Below, in pieces: positions 27,801 through 40,775 of a stretch of 64,000 nt of DNA (position 1 is its first letter; the number at the start of each line of letters is the position of its first letter). Made by a program: the position numbers and the translations under genes. The notes beneath the pieces were generated by a model. The model saw only the letters and a program-made list of their open reading frames with translations. It had not been told where the DNA came from and did no database searches. The stretch lies in assembly GCF_964204645.1 (NCBI RefSeq), contig NC_134029.1:21136950-21200949 (forward strand). Reading direction: 5' to 3'. This DNA comes from Tubulanus polymorphus. Its lineage: Eukaryota; Animalia; Nemertea.

Positions 27801-30800
27801 GCAAGGTCCATCACTAATTTATACACTGCACTGCAGTGTAGATGCACTGAAAGGGTTTTAAGTGAACCTGTTTTTATCGAATCAAATATACATTATTTGC
27901 ACATAGATATAAAGACTGCTGATACCCTCGTAACACTCGCGACAATGTTTACTTTGATTCACTGACCTCGGATACTGACGATCTCATCGAGGAAGCCGAC
28001 GAACTTCGCGAACTCGCTATACTTTCTTTCTCGGCGTCTTCGGCATCGGCTTTCTCCTCTTCATCCGACGACGAAGAAGATTCTCGGAGATTTTCATCCT
28101 CTTCGGCGATATCGCTGTTCTTCACGGCTTCGCGTAGTTTCTGCGATTGCGCCAGATATTTCTCCGCCTGCTCGATTTCATCCTCCAGCAGCGTTATGTC
28201 TAATTCAGAAATCGGCCAGCCGCATTTCTCCAACGCGTTTATCAGTTCTTTTCGGTTTTCCACGAACGGGACTGGCTTGTCGCTGTTGAAACTAAAAACC
28301 ACAAGATAGAAAATATACTTTATAGATTTAAGAGCTTTTCAAATATGTATTAAGTTCTAATGATGTTCATGTGTTACCTCTCTTTTTGCGATTTGGGCAA
28401 AGCTTTCCAAATGACAGCACCCAATCGCCTATAAAGACAAAACCGAGAAGAAAATCAGACATTCATACATTTGAGTGATATTGAACAACAGAGCACTACC
28501 TACCGTTGATACAGTTTGATGGTTTTAGTCAATTTAGTTTCGTAAAGATTCAAGTCGACAGCATTCGGATTAATGAGCTGCATTGATTTCTGTCCGCTGG
28601 ATGTGGTGTGTGCGAAAGGCAGAATCTGCGAGATGAATAAAAGAAAATTAAACTTGAGCAGCATCAATGATGACCAATTATGACTTCAAATCGCCCCAAT
28701 ATTTACATCATCGAAGACTTTAGCTACGACTTCTTTATCGATAATTGGTACATATTTCGGTCTGTGAGGAATCATCGTCGGCGCCAGGACGTCCAGTATG
28801 GTCAGTTTTTTGGCAACGAGACCGTGCTTTCGCAACCATTGTCTCGAAGACATGGTCAGTGGGCTGAAATATCAGAGGATTTTATGTAGTGTATCATAAT
28901 TTATTCATTGTGATAAATGAATGAAATATCATGCAGTATATCGTGATATACCGGAATATCTATACTTACTCGACCATTTTCTTTTTTCTTTTCTCCTCTG
29001 CTTTTGCCTTTCTTTCTGTATCTGAGGGATAAATAAGAAATGAATCAAATGATACGAATAGATGGAAGTTTTTTCCGAACCCTTGAAGGGCTATAATCAC
29101 CAAACTTATTTCATTGTAGATTCTATACCTTTTTGCATTTTTCGTTGTCTTTCCCACTGGCGGTCAAATATCTCTCTGGTTTCCGGTAAAAGCCAAGCAT
29201 CGGGTGAGAATCGACCACTACTTGACAGTGTTCTCAACAAACTGGTTTTTGTATGACCTGTAGAAAAACAGTAATGTTTCCAGGGGTAATCATCGAAAAT
29301 CCTCTAGTGTAAAGAAAAAGAGTACAACAACAAGGTTGTGCGGTTGCGGAATACAGACTAAATTTTTCAGCGGGTGTGCAAATCGTGAAATGTAAAATGT
29401 TGGACATTTGTGCATGATACTAAAGAATTAGAGTACAGTAACCTTCGCCTTACTTAGACAAGGCCAAGTTGGACTAATTTGGGCAAAAATGAAATATCCT
29501 GACTTCCTAACTTATTTTCCTATTCTTAACTCAGCTTAGCTCAGACCAATTTTGCCATTGCTTGTCCGAGTTAGGCTAGATTTACTGTATCATAAAGATA
29601 GATAAAATCGAATGTGAGTTCAGTTAGACTGTGGTGTTTTACATGGGAGTGAAAAGGCTGAAAAACAAGATTAATTGTGGGAAAAATACACATGTTATGT
29701 ACAAAACGCTTTCGATCGAAATACACATCTATACCTGCCACATTCGGACGAAAGAATTCTGCACCTGGTAAAAATAGAGGATACATTCAATAATAGTCCA
29801 TCGAAAATCTTTCATTCCTTCTAAGTATTCAATATACATATATCTACTTACTGCTGATACGTCTTGGACTTTTTACTTTCTTGGCCATCATTGGTTTCCT
29901 GTGACTGGCATGAGGAGATGGATGATAGCCGGCACTAGAGGATGGTCTCGGTGCTTGATGCGACATCGTCGGCACTCGGAAACCGGGCGAACTTTTCGGC
30001 CGTTCGCCTATATCTTCATCACCCCTAAAATTCCAATAAAAAATCCATGAATTAGAAAGAAAAATTTCGTTTTTTACGGCACATTGAATTATTGCATCGG
30101 GTGGCTTACTTGTGAACTTGTCTAGATGCCGGGTCTCGTCTCCAGGCTAAGGCAATGCATTCATCTCGCAGTTGCGAAATCTTTCCTAAATATTCTTTCG
30201 CTCTACACAACTCATCCTTTAACACCTGAATATCTTCGCTCTGAATCGAAATAGAACAATTAGAAAATTGTTCAACAAACAATGCAAAGGTTCTTAGATA
30301 ACCGGCTGATATTCTTTCTATGAAGCCTTCTCGATAGTCATACTCAAGATACTTCTGTAAAAGGGTGATAAGCTAACATGCTCTGTGTTGAATACATTCG
30401 AAAATACTCACATAGTTACAGCTTAAGACAAACTATGTACAGTTGATTTAAAGATAAAATAACGGTTTAAAATTTGCTGAGGAAAATGATGTCATATACT
30501 TAAGTCTTAGATAGATGATGTTTTTGATGATTTGAACTCACTCACCTCCCAGGGTTCGGGGCCTTCAGGATCTTCTCCATGTTCGGAATAATAATGATAT
30601 CTTCCATTCGTATCTTTCGCTAATTGACACAAAAACTTATTAGCTTCCGCGTCGGCACAGTTGAACGATATCGTATGGATGGGAACCGACTTCTTCAGCT
30701 GTACTTGGGCTAGAATCGACTTCGGAATCTGAAAGGTAGATTTTCGAAGAATGTTTAAATACTGCAACCGGTGACAGTTCCTATAGTTCAGTATACTGGC

Positions 30801-33800
30801 AGTCATAAAATGTTAAGTTATGAAATCAAGAATTAGTGACACAATCTCAGATCAGACTACCTGATATTTCTAATTGTGGTAGTTTTAGCACAAGATAGTT
30901 AATTGAAAATCAATTAGAAATCATTCTGATTTCGAGATTATTTAGATATTGTGGGAAGTAATTGAGCACAGTAAGAACTACTCTCAAATAGTAGTCCGTT
31001 GTCGGGTGTGCGATCTTACCTGATCCGGTCTGCCATCTGTTAGAAGATAAATCGCCTGCGCTGTGCGGTCAGCCAGGGCAAATCTCAAAGCGGCTAGAGT
31101 GTTCGTGGACCCCTGACACGTCAAATCTTTCACCCACTGCCAAGCGCTTTGTAAATTACTCTCGCATACATCAACGAGTCGATCTCTCCACGGATAAACC
31201 CGGCTATTAAACGCTAATATATTAAAACGCTGTTTATGACGCAGTTGTTCCTACGAAAAATAGATAATCAAAGAATTCTCAATATCTCGATGCGGAATTC
31301 AAAAATATACACGTACCCCGTGAGGATACTTACCTGCATCAAAATATACATCTTATCTTTGACAAAATCCATACTCGGCTCCATAGAACCAGATGTGTCC
31401 ACGATTATGTATATTTGTTCTTCAATCACCGTTCCAAACAAAGCCCTGCTACCCTGTTGTAACCAATCAATTCTGCAAATATATTCAGTACTGGTATATA
31501 TATTTGTACGATATACTATCATATAATAGATTCTATAAGACGGGAAAAGATGAGTTTGTTGAGATATAAATATTTTGATTATATGATTTTTTAACTATCC
31601 CGCTTGTAAAATGTTACCTCTGTTCAATGTTGTTGATGGCCACACTCATTCTTTGTTCGTAGTTACGATAGATTTCCTGCGTGACTTGCACGTGCACTAT
31701 ACGACCGTCTCGCCATTTGACGTGCGCGAATTTATCGCAATATTTTGCATTCACGAGTTTATCTCTCGGAATCTGTAACAGAAATAAGATACCGCATTTC
31801 CAGGGTGGCCAATTTCATTTGATCTGCTTTTACGGTGATTTTTCCACGCCATTTATTCCCGACTTGACCAGATAAGAATCCAATCAATTAACATAGTCAA
31901 GACATAAATGGAAACTTTGATTATACATGCAACCAACAAGTTTCTCCAACTTTCTCCAACTTTTCCTTCATGTTTAGCTTTTTCTAAAAAAAATTCCCTG
32001 ACTATCCCCTGACTTTTTTAAAAAGAAAATTCTTTTCCTGAATTCCAGTTGATAGGCCACCATGATCCTTTATCTTGCGCGTTTAAAAAGCTGAAAGGCA
32101 TTGAAAGCTTTCTTACCGCATCGGTTTGTTCATCAGTTCTAGCCGGAGGGTCCTTAAGACCGACGATACCGTCGCAATGTTTGAAGGCGACGCCGCCGAG
32201 TACGTCGTAGAAGCCTAGTTTCTTAGCTTTAATGCCATGTGTTTCTAACCATTCCTTCGACGCCATATACTGTTCTCTGTTTTCCACTGTAGTCTGAACA
32301 TTGTTAACATCCGCACTGACTAAAATTTTTTGAAAATAATTTCAGAAACATTCGATTCTAGAAGAAATTACGCTGCCTATTTCGAATATGAAAATCTACC
32401 TGCTGGCAGCGGTGTTTTCGGATCTGGCAAGTCGGAAAGAATCGACTGAATTTGCGAAAGCGTGTTTCGTGCCTCTTCCAGTTCTTCGAACAGTAGAATG
32501 ACATCTTCGCGACAACCGGCGCCAGCGGGTACGCCGCCGTAAAGCTTTTTCTTCAGAACGATGTTCGTTTTCGAAGTGTTCGGATCGACGGGTAATCCTT
32601 CATACGAATCCATCTCCATTATCACCGAATACGCGTGAAATCTGACAGAGTTAAATAAGAAATTAGCGAAAGATGATTAAAAATAAAACAGAAAATGTCA
32701 ACTCCACCTCGCACTATGCTTACCTTCCACCGGTAGTTTTTGCGAGGTGTTGCAGGAATTGAATCGTGTCTGAACATTTGCAGTTATATGAAACAATGTG
32801 TAAGGGTAGAGGACCTCCATTAAGCTGCAAAAGCAGATGAAAATAATTCGGATTTCGTTTAGAAAAATGTATTGTTCAAGTCGCTAAAATATCATTTGAC
32901 TATTTTACCTTTTCCTGGAGAACTCGTTTAGAACCATCAGATGCTGAACCTTCTGTAAACAAGTATACCGATTCGAGCTATAAAATAAAAGTTTTCAACA
33001 AATTAGATGTGATAAACATTTCAACAGAGCTTACGGTATGTTTACGTCATTGTGCCAAATAAAATAGCTTACATTCTTATCGGCAAATGCAGTTTTCAAT
33101 GCCTCGCAGGTAGCCGTTTTAGCAACACATTCTAACCTATCCAGTCCCCAGATCCATTCAATTCCTTCGTCAATTGATTTTTGAGTAACGGGTACGCAGG
33201 CATCTTTAAATGTAATCACGTCTTCTGCAGCTCTGAAATTTAACAAAATCAAATACAGACCGTTTACGTTTGACCAACTAAGAGCAGAAATAGCTATAGT
33301 GGCAGTTTCTTTTATTATTTAAGTTTCCTTATTGTTTCATTTCAAATTTATTCATGGTGAATATTATATAATATGAAATGCTGGCGAAATTGCGCAGAAA
33401 GAATCACAAATCATTACTAGATCTAATAGTTACCTGATAAGATTAAACTTGGCCAGTAATGAAACCTGTTCGGTTAGTACTCGTTCCAATGCAGCGCGGT
33501 ACTGATCGAACTGTTGCGGCGACATGTTCTTGATGTCGATGACGATGCATATCGAATGTTCCTGGATAACGCCGAACAGACGTCTACTTTCACTGGTCAA
33601 CCATTCCAGACGACGTTTATAAAGAACTATCGCCTGCACCAATCGCTGCTCGATTTGTTTCAGTTTTTCTTTACCGCAAACGAGCTGTTGTAAAAATGAA
33701 TTTCGCAAATTTTTTAATAAATTTAATTTTTCTATGGATTCATGTTAGGGACCATTCATCAAGTACATACACATACATTGGGGATAGTGAAAAATTTGCC

Positions 33801-35335
33801 TCTTCTCCTCATGAAGAAAAGGCATAAATTTCATACATGAAGAGGGAGGTTTAAAATCAGCAAAGTTTTTTCAAATATTCTTTATGAATAACCCCCTTCC
33901 ATTCAGGGCCTCGTTTCTCCTAAATTGAGATTCAAAGTATGAAAACAAAAGATGAAACCCAATCCATGAAACAGTCAAAAACCTACATTGAATATTTTTC
34001 CATCTTGTCTCGTCAACTGTTGAAATAATCCATCTCCATATCGAGAACTGATTGGCTTTCTCAGCAACAAATCAAAATCTACAAAACAAAATTGAAACAT
34101 TTTTAGTTTTTAGAAATCAAAACTCTGATGGATGATGCTCGGTCCTCAGCTCTTACCGTCATTGTGCTTGAATCCTATTTGAGGTAATATGTGATACAGA
34201 TCTAAGCGATTTCTCTTCAAGCCGTAATTCTGAAGCCATTTTTTACTAGATATCAATGCGCGCACGTCGAGTTCCCAAACGCGAGATTTCTTCGGCGGCA
34301 AATCCGCATTGACCAATTCGTCGGAGGCGACAACGTCTGCTGCGCCGGTCATATTCAAATCAAATGACGGGTCGCCTGAAATAATACGAAAAAAGTTAGT
34401 AAAATCTGAAAGATTTTCAGATCTATATCTAAGAGAAATTGAGTATGAGAAATTGAGTTAGGCCTATACAGCCAAAAGACTAGTTTTTTTATGATATTTT
34501 AATGACATCGAAGCAAAAACATTCAAAACATGAATACGACTTCAAAGCCTGGCGATGACATAAAACTCATAAGACTGTGTAATAAAACATAGGTGTACTC
34601 AAAATGAACTTATTTTCATAGCATTATACTATATAGCCTGGAGCTAATAAGGTAAACACATAGACAGGTACAAAAACCACCTAAATAATGCATGAACTGG
34701 TTTTTTCTATTTTTGTATTATGATTACTTGATTGGGTCGAAGCTTTCAGACAGAAAATGTGCTCATTATATAACTCGGTGAATTCACACTAGTAGGCTGC
34801 TTTAGCCATTATCAATTATTTAAAATTGTTTGAAAAGGTTTTTTGAAGTAGCTTTGAACTTTTGTCTCTTTGCATGAGCCGCCCGAATTGAAAAAACACC
34901 TAATTAATAGTCACCATAGTGATTTCCACTTGAATATATGTTACTATTCTGAACTACAAAATTCTTAACAATAGCCCATAAGGCCTTAAGAGGGCATTAG
35001 GCCGCTCATTTCTTGAAAAGGACTCTTAACAGATGAGTCAAAATTGATAGAACCGTGAAATATGTCAAAAAAATTATCTAATCATCACAAAGATTTTGAT
35101 AGTTGTGTTTCTACTATTATTTAACTGTCTGGATACTCTTCCTGAAGGAGTGAATCATAATTCATGAGACTCATTAGCCTGTTAACCTATCAAACCTCCA
35201 TCAGGCCCCTACATACTTATAAGCCTTTTAAATCGTTTATCTTTACTCGTCTGGTTAAAGATAAACAATATTCATGATGAGCTTACCTTCGCCGTATGCA
35301 GTCTTCTTTATTATATCAACATCCAAGGTCGCCAT
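18860..35335 (-). CDS. VWA3B: von Willebrand factor A domain-containing protein 3B-like (about 30 exons; two VWA domains plus C-terminal DUF4537/Tudor-like repeats)
   Basis: The start is MATLDVD (35335). ISSKKWLQNYGLKRNRL..ILPQIGF resembles the VWA3B N-terminus. The VWA MIDAS IVDTSGSM and AIYLLTDGRPDQ are present. GQSCVSRHSTDGLYYPG...IPTGGAVACPMLQIGDYV matches the VWA3B C-terminal domain. The last exon ends with TAA at 18860-18862. The join across 24203-27966 is inferred (see findings). Confidence 0.85.
20418..20462 (-). mobile_element. tRNA-derived SINE head fragment
   Basis: The reverse strand reads gctgTGGCTGAGTatagtgatgcaaccaGGTTCGAATCCCtgccag, with an A-box-like motif and a B-box. It is too short and deleted to be a tRNA. 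It sits next to a TA-CAGT MITE at about 20224-20398. Confidence 0.45.
21489..21883. mobile_element. Second CAGGGTCCCTAC-ended TIR element, with a further palindromic element inserted at about 21673-21811
   Basis: It has the same TIRs and internal segments (caattttgagaaat.ggcaattaga) as 16670-17053. The insert is bounded by gccagttgcacagtcgtgact and agccatgactatgcaaccagc and contains repeated ggtcttaag units. Confidence 0.7.
27354..27421. repeat. Two-copy tandem repeat of about 33 bp
   Basis: gaagctggagtaaagtg[a/t]aacatagctgttgaga is repeated twice. Confidence 0.8.
27595..27861. mobile_element. piggyBac-like non-autonomous element
   Basis: TTAA-ccctttcagtgc ... gcactgaaaggg-ttttaa gives a 12-bp TIR starting CCC, with TTAA-type flanks. 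Confidence 0.65.
29433..29589. mobile_element. Degenerate TA-CAGT-type MITE in a VWA3B intron
   Basis: tacagtaaccttcgccttact pairs imperfectly with agttaggctagatttactgta. Confidence 0.5.
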
Positions 35336-35594
35336 GATGAACAGACGATGAAGTTTTCACGTTTCTTTATCCTGAAAATATCCTTATCTATAGCCTACAT
35401 ATATAAAGAAATCAACAGCGCAGACCGAGTCTGCTATATAGGGATTGCAATGACAAGAGTTTATTAGTGCTATTACCATAAGAGTAAGTCTATTTGGAAG
35501 TTGGGTTTTTCGGGCATATTATGTAGATTTAGGGTATCAATCACTGAATCAGTCAGTGGACAGTGCCACCATAGCATTGGTCAGAAGGGTCCTG

Positions 35595-35790
35595 TCTTCA
35601 TGGCTTATTAGTGAATTGAGTTTTGGACTCATTGGAGAGATCACTGAGAGCGCTTTGGTTCGAATCCTGGTGAAGTCATCTTATTGATAATCAAGACATA
35701 GGCAACATATCTGTACTAGGAAAGAGAACATTTCCCCAAGAACCTTGCCCTTGGGTACAACTAGGAGTGACATCCTAGATCAATGTGGAT
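35595..35790 (+). mobile_element. tRNA-derived SINE-like fragment
   Basis: An A-box-like tggcttattag and a B-box GGTTCGAATCC at 35657-35667. Boundaries are approximate. Confidence 0.45.
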
Positions 35791-37355
35791 ACAAAAACCA
35801 CTTCCAGAACTGCTAGCTAGGCTGGGTGAAGAGAACATCAACAACATACACAGCTGGCAAAATACCTGCTAGGGTAACAATTTCAGGGGTTAAATAGCCT
35901 ACCAGTGGTGAAAATGACATCCCAGTTGACACTAGTTTAGTAGACAAAACTTACTACGTGAGACCAAGTGTAGTGCAAGTAGGCCTAAAGCAAAAGTACA
36001 TCAAAAATTAAAAATTTAATTTCTTTCTGTAAAAAAAATAAAAAAAATATGCTGGCACTTGCACAGCAGGGTACTTACAATGATTTCTAAAACGATAGAT
36101 GATATCCCAATAACAGGCACGAACTGATTCATCTAAATGGACATAAAATACATAATTTATGAAGTTCAATTCATGTAGTTAAAACAAAAAGCAGCTCTAG
36201 CTGTCAAATTTTTTCATCATCGAATCCGCCATATTTAAACAACAGGTTGCTGGGGATCCCGGGTATTTGCATATAGTAAATAGGAGGATTCCGAAATTAA
36301 GTTCAAATTTAGCATAATCGCGATATTATTACCTTGTATCAGATTTTCATAGGAATAAGAATACAATTTTTGTGTAAACAAGTGTTTTTTTGATACAGAA
36401 GCGTACAGATTAATGGAAAATTCGGTATATAAAAAATGTTTTTTTTTTGGGATTCGAACATCATCGAGACATGCTCTGGCACGCACCTGCCAAACAATTC
36501 AAATATTTTTATTATGCTTGAATACAAATTAGGCTAATCACAAAATGAAAATGATGCAATTGATATACTTATTTAATCCATAAGCTAACCCATTTCGATT
36601 AACTCGTTTCCTTACTGAAATTCTTACAAAAATGTATTAGGCCCACGATTGAAATATGTTTTTAGGCGACATGCTACCACTTCCGGGTCGCAATAAAATG
36701 CAGAGAAATGACGGGAATTATCTATTCGTAAAGCATCTTCTTAGGTTTTGATTGTCCGAAATAAGAAAAAGGAAGTATCTACTGGTGGACGTAAATCTAG
36801 AATGTAAAAGGTTCGTTTCTTAAAGGGTCGTTTTTATGTTTGAATTCTCCATTTGATAGACTTTCGCGGTCCAGACAAAATTCAATTCAATTCAATACGC
36901 CTCTAGATTGCGACAGTGAGTCAGTGACAGCACATCACTCGATACAGAGTCAAAGACTGCCTGACAGTGACAGGGTAGGACTAGGATTCACCCAGTCCTG
37001 GAAGTTGTATCCACAGTCAGAGTCGCTCTACAATCCTAGTGTCACAAACTGTGGCAACATCCGATACTAAGCCTAAGAAGGTGAAGGTGTGAGTCACTAT
37101 ATTTTTATCACATTCACGGTGGTGGAAGAAAGGGCTTTGATGTACAGATATGCAGGTTACGGGTTACATATTAAGTATCCATTTCAACTGCCATGGTTGT
37201 GAAAACTGTCAGTCAGTCTGATGTTGCTTTAACTTGAAAAGAAATTGATAATTTTGTGTATTTTCTTTAATCATGTAGGTTGACTGCTGTCAATGGTGTT
37301 TTCTGAATCTTCTCGTGCTACAAAAGTAGGACATACTTTAAGAATAATTGCCAAA

Positions 37356-38614
37356 ATGATTGAGTGGTGTACGAAAAAACGAATGATTGCAGGCATCGTA
37401 TTATTAGTAATGTAAGTATTGAGAACAGATCTAGTGACATCTCGTCCAACGAATATTTTTATGAAGAAAGCCAATGATCTCAAGGACAGATTCTGACAGG
37501 AGCACGGGGAGAGCATGCTCCTGTCATAATTTTCCGATGTCCTTTTGGAAAATGCCAAATAGGTAATTTTCTTTTCCGCCATTGATGGAAGCATCTCTCC
37601 TCTGTTCAAGACTTGGGCCTATGCGCTTAATATTCTCTTTGATCTCACTCACATGTGTTGTAATTTCTCGATATCTCCAGATCCCCATTTTGCTGGTTAC
37701 TGCCCTTTTTAACGGTAGCCTTTGTCCTTTGCAGTCCTTCCGCATTATCTACATTTTAATATATGCACTTTACATAAGATAAGAAAATTTAAGAATTCGT
37801 GGTTTGCGAAAATATCCGATCATGAAACTATACCACAGACAGGTTACTGACTACCACTAGATCTAAAAGATAACCCAAATCATGAAAAAAAATATTGGAA
37901 ATTGTCAATTCATATTCATTGTGTTGTTTTATATGATAGAGTGTCGGTGCTTGTGTTGGTCATTGAAAGCAGTTTGTACATACGCATGAACATCAAAGAT
38001 GTTACAAAGTTACCAAAGGATAAAAACAATAAGAATTCGTCTAATGATTACTGCTGGTTACATGAACAAACTCAAGTATTAACGAATCAATGTGCTCCCT
38101 GTACAAAACTCGAAATGGTAGGTGATAGCTGCTGCATCCAGAAAATCCCTTAATTCAATGAGATGTATATCGCGTAAACGCAATTATTTGAAATTCTTTT
38201 TTAGAAAATGAATATGGAGCCTTGCAAAGAAACCGGATACAAAGTACCCGTGATTTGTGAAAAAACTGGAAAAGTTTTCAGAAGGTAAAAAAATCTGTAA
38301 CTTCATCCACCACACCCGAAAATGGTCTAGAGTGAGAGAGTCCGAAATGTTGCGTCTTTTGATTATGAGTTTTGATAAATGATCTTTACCAGTAATCTAT
38401 TTATCGGTGATCGGCGTCTAATATTTTTCTATTTCGTTTACACAGTTGCCAAAAACCAAGAGATGCCAAGAAAGAAGAAATGTATTTTTGGATATTTGAA
38501 GCCTCGACGTTTGTGATAGGCATTGTTTCGTATTGTGTGGTTAGAGTTCGACAACGCAAACTGGACAAACAACTTCTCGATAGAATTAACAAACAAATCT
38601 CATCCGGCATTTGA
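37356..38614 (+). CDS. JTB: Protein JTB (jumping translocation breakpoint). Exons 37356-37411, 37940-38117, 38205-38284, 38446-38614
   Basis: MIEWCTKKRM is followed by a hydrophobic segment and a cysteine-rich CWLHE..CAPC..C.ETGY..C domain. The C-terminus FWIFE-TM-RQRKLDKQLLDRINKQI parallels human FWKFE...RQRQLDRKALEKVRKQI. Confidence 0.92.
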
Positions 38615-38707
38615 GCTGTTTTTCTGATACTGTGAATATTACAATACCTACTAGTCAAATTAGTTGTATATACTTGTAAATATATTTATTGCAATAAAGT
38701 TGACCAT

Positions 38708-38863
38708 ATGACATCTTATTTTCTAAAATAAACTCTTGTCACTAATTTGTATCGTTAGGTGCTGTGTTCTGTATAGGTAAAAAGCATGACATCTTATTTT
38801 CTAAAATAAACTCTTGTCACTAATTTGTATCGTTAGGTGCTGTGTTCTGTATAGGTAAAAAGC
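38708..38863. repeat. Perfect 78-bp tandem duplication between JTB and ANAPC15
   Basis: atgacatcttattttctaaaataaactc...gtataggtaaaaagc is identical at 38708-38785 and 38786-38863. Confidence 0.95.
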
Positions 38864-39123
38864 AAGGCTCATAGAAGCTCTGGTTTTCGTGGTATTGATT
38901 ATTCTTTGTCATAAAATTTGCATCCTATTCTAAAGCAAGCTTTAATTCGTTAGATTTGATGAACTTTTAATATTGTAACTAAGTTGATAAGTGAATAACA
39001 TAATATTGGATTGTATTGATAGCCGGATATTTTCTCTATCAACATTCTCCTTTATTTGACCGACAACCATTGAATTCAATTAAGATTTATTGATCCCAAC
39101 AATAATAAAGAAGTGAACAAATA

Positions 39124-39769
39124 ATGTCAGTACCGTTATTTCCCTCTCTGTTACCCCGTATTGACGATCCTGTGTGGTTTAATGTCGACAAGGCTTATGA
39201 TGATGATTCAGATCTGAACACACTTGAAACCGAACACAGAAAAATGGTTTGTTTTCCTTTTTTTATTTTTAATAACTCACTTGTTTTATCCCGATTCCCG
39301 GCTTCTTTGGGCCCTTGTCCCACATTCAATTGTCAGGCCTTCTTACTTGAATGTTTATTTTTCAGTTACAAAGCATAGCAGAAAAAGACAATGATATTAC
39401 GCCCATCGGGAAAACTGCTTCAGAGGTACAGCTCTTCATTTGTATGGTCTCAAAGCATCGGTTTAACGAAAGGCCATCGAATGGATTGATATTTCTTGTT
39501 ATTTCAGCATTTCGACGATGAAGAAGATGATGAGGAAGAAGATGACGGCGATGATGATGAAAGTGATACGAATGATGACGATGATGAATTAGATACCGAT
39601 ATGATATACGATCGTGATTCACCGGACGATGTAAGTGTTGTTTCCTCCTCTGGCGAGTGTTAATTTCCCATCTTAACAAGCTGACAATTTTACATTCTAT
39701 TGTATTCATTAGGCTGATATGGATGTAAATGATACGACTGGGGGTGATTCCCCACCGTGGGGACTGTGA
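39124..39769 (+). CDS. ANAPC15: Anaphase-promoting complex subunit 15. Exons 39124-39246, 39366-39425, 39508-39630, 39713-39769
   Basis: LFPSLLPR..DPVWFNVD and [27 protein letters not shown], followed by a long acidic tail, match APC15. Confidence 0.93.
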
Positions 39770-40356
39770 ATTCTAGGTTGCCGGATTAAAATGGAACTCG
39801 TGAATTACTATCGCTGGCAAGGACGTTAAGAAATCTCTCCTTGAACATAGCCTTTCATCGGTAGAGCAACTATCAATATCGAGCACTACGAGAAGATGGA
39901 ACTAGAGTGACCCGATGTAGATGCTTTGTAAACGTGAAGACTGTTCAGAAATTTGGTTTTAAAGTTATTTAATAAAATAATAAAGCATTTATTTATGATT
40001 TTGATAATAAAACTCTTCTTTGTATGCGCTTTTTGGGATACCCACTTCATTCCTCAGAAAAAGAATAGTCAACCTTGCCTTCAAGTAAAGAATCAACAAA
40101 ATACAGTAAACCTTGCCTAATTTGGACGTACAACTCGAGACTGGCAATATTGATCCGAGGCAAGCTAAGGGATCATTCACGATTGGTAGAACACTATATC
40201 CGTGTTGACGCGATGAGGAGAGAATCCCACAATGATAATAATAAGTCCGAAAATGAAACTTCGAGATAGTAGTTTATTTCAACGTTTCGAATTTATCCTA
40301 ATAGTCATCTTCAGGAATAATGATTATTTTTTATTATCATTGTGGGATTCTCTCCT

Positions 40357-40479
40357 TAAGGGATCATTCATTTATTACGTACGCATATCGGCCATTTTCT
40401 TCATATTCATTAAGCATTACAGTACGCAATTGCATTGACCCCTCCCCTAATGCGTACATAATAAATGAATGACCCCTAA
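40357..40479. mobile_element. PIF/Harbinger-type MITE with TAA flanks
   Basis: TAA-gggatcattcatttattacgtacgcat ... atgcgtacataataaatgaatgacccc-TAA gives a TIR of about 27 bp. A decayed relative lies at about 33746-33897. Confidence 0.75.
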
Positions 40480-40775
40480 ATATGAGTAAAGGATAGGAAA
40501 ATATGTAAGGAAGTAGAAAAATTATTTCAATTTTTATGAGTTGGTCGACAGTCTGAGGTAGCTATGTCCGAATAAGGCGAGGTTTACTGGATATTAGGAA
40601 GCCGGAAATTATTTTTTGTACCGAGTTCTTTAGCCATCCGAGTAAGTTGTATAATAACTCGAAAGTTGACCAAGAAAATAGGTAATATTTTGCTATTATT
40701 TATTGTGAGCACATATTTATTGTGTTTTACACAATACATTTACATACAAAGAATACAAAAATAATTGGATAAGTT

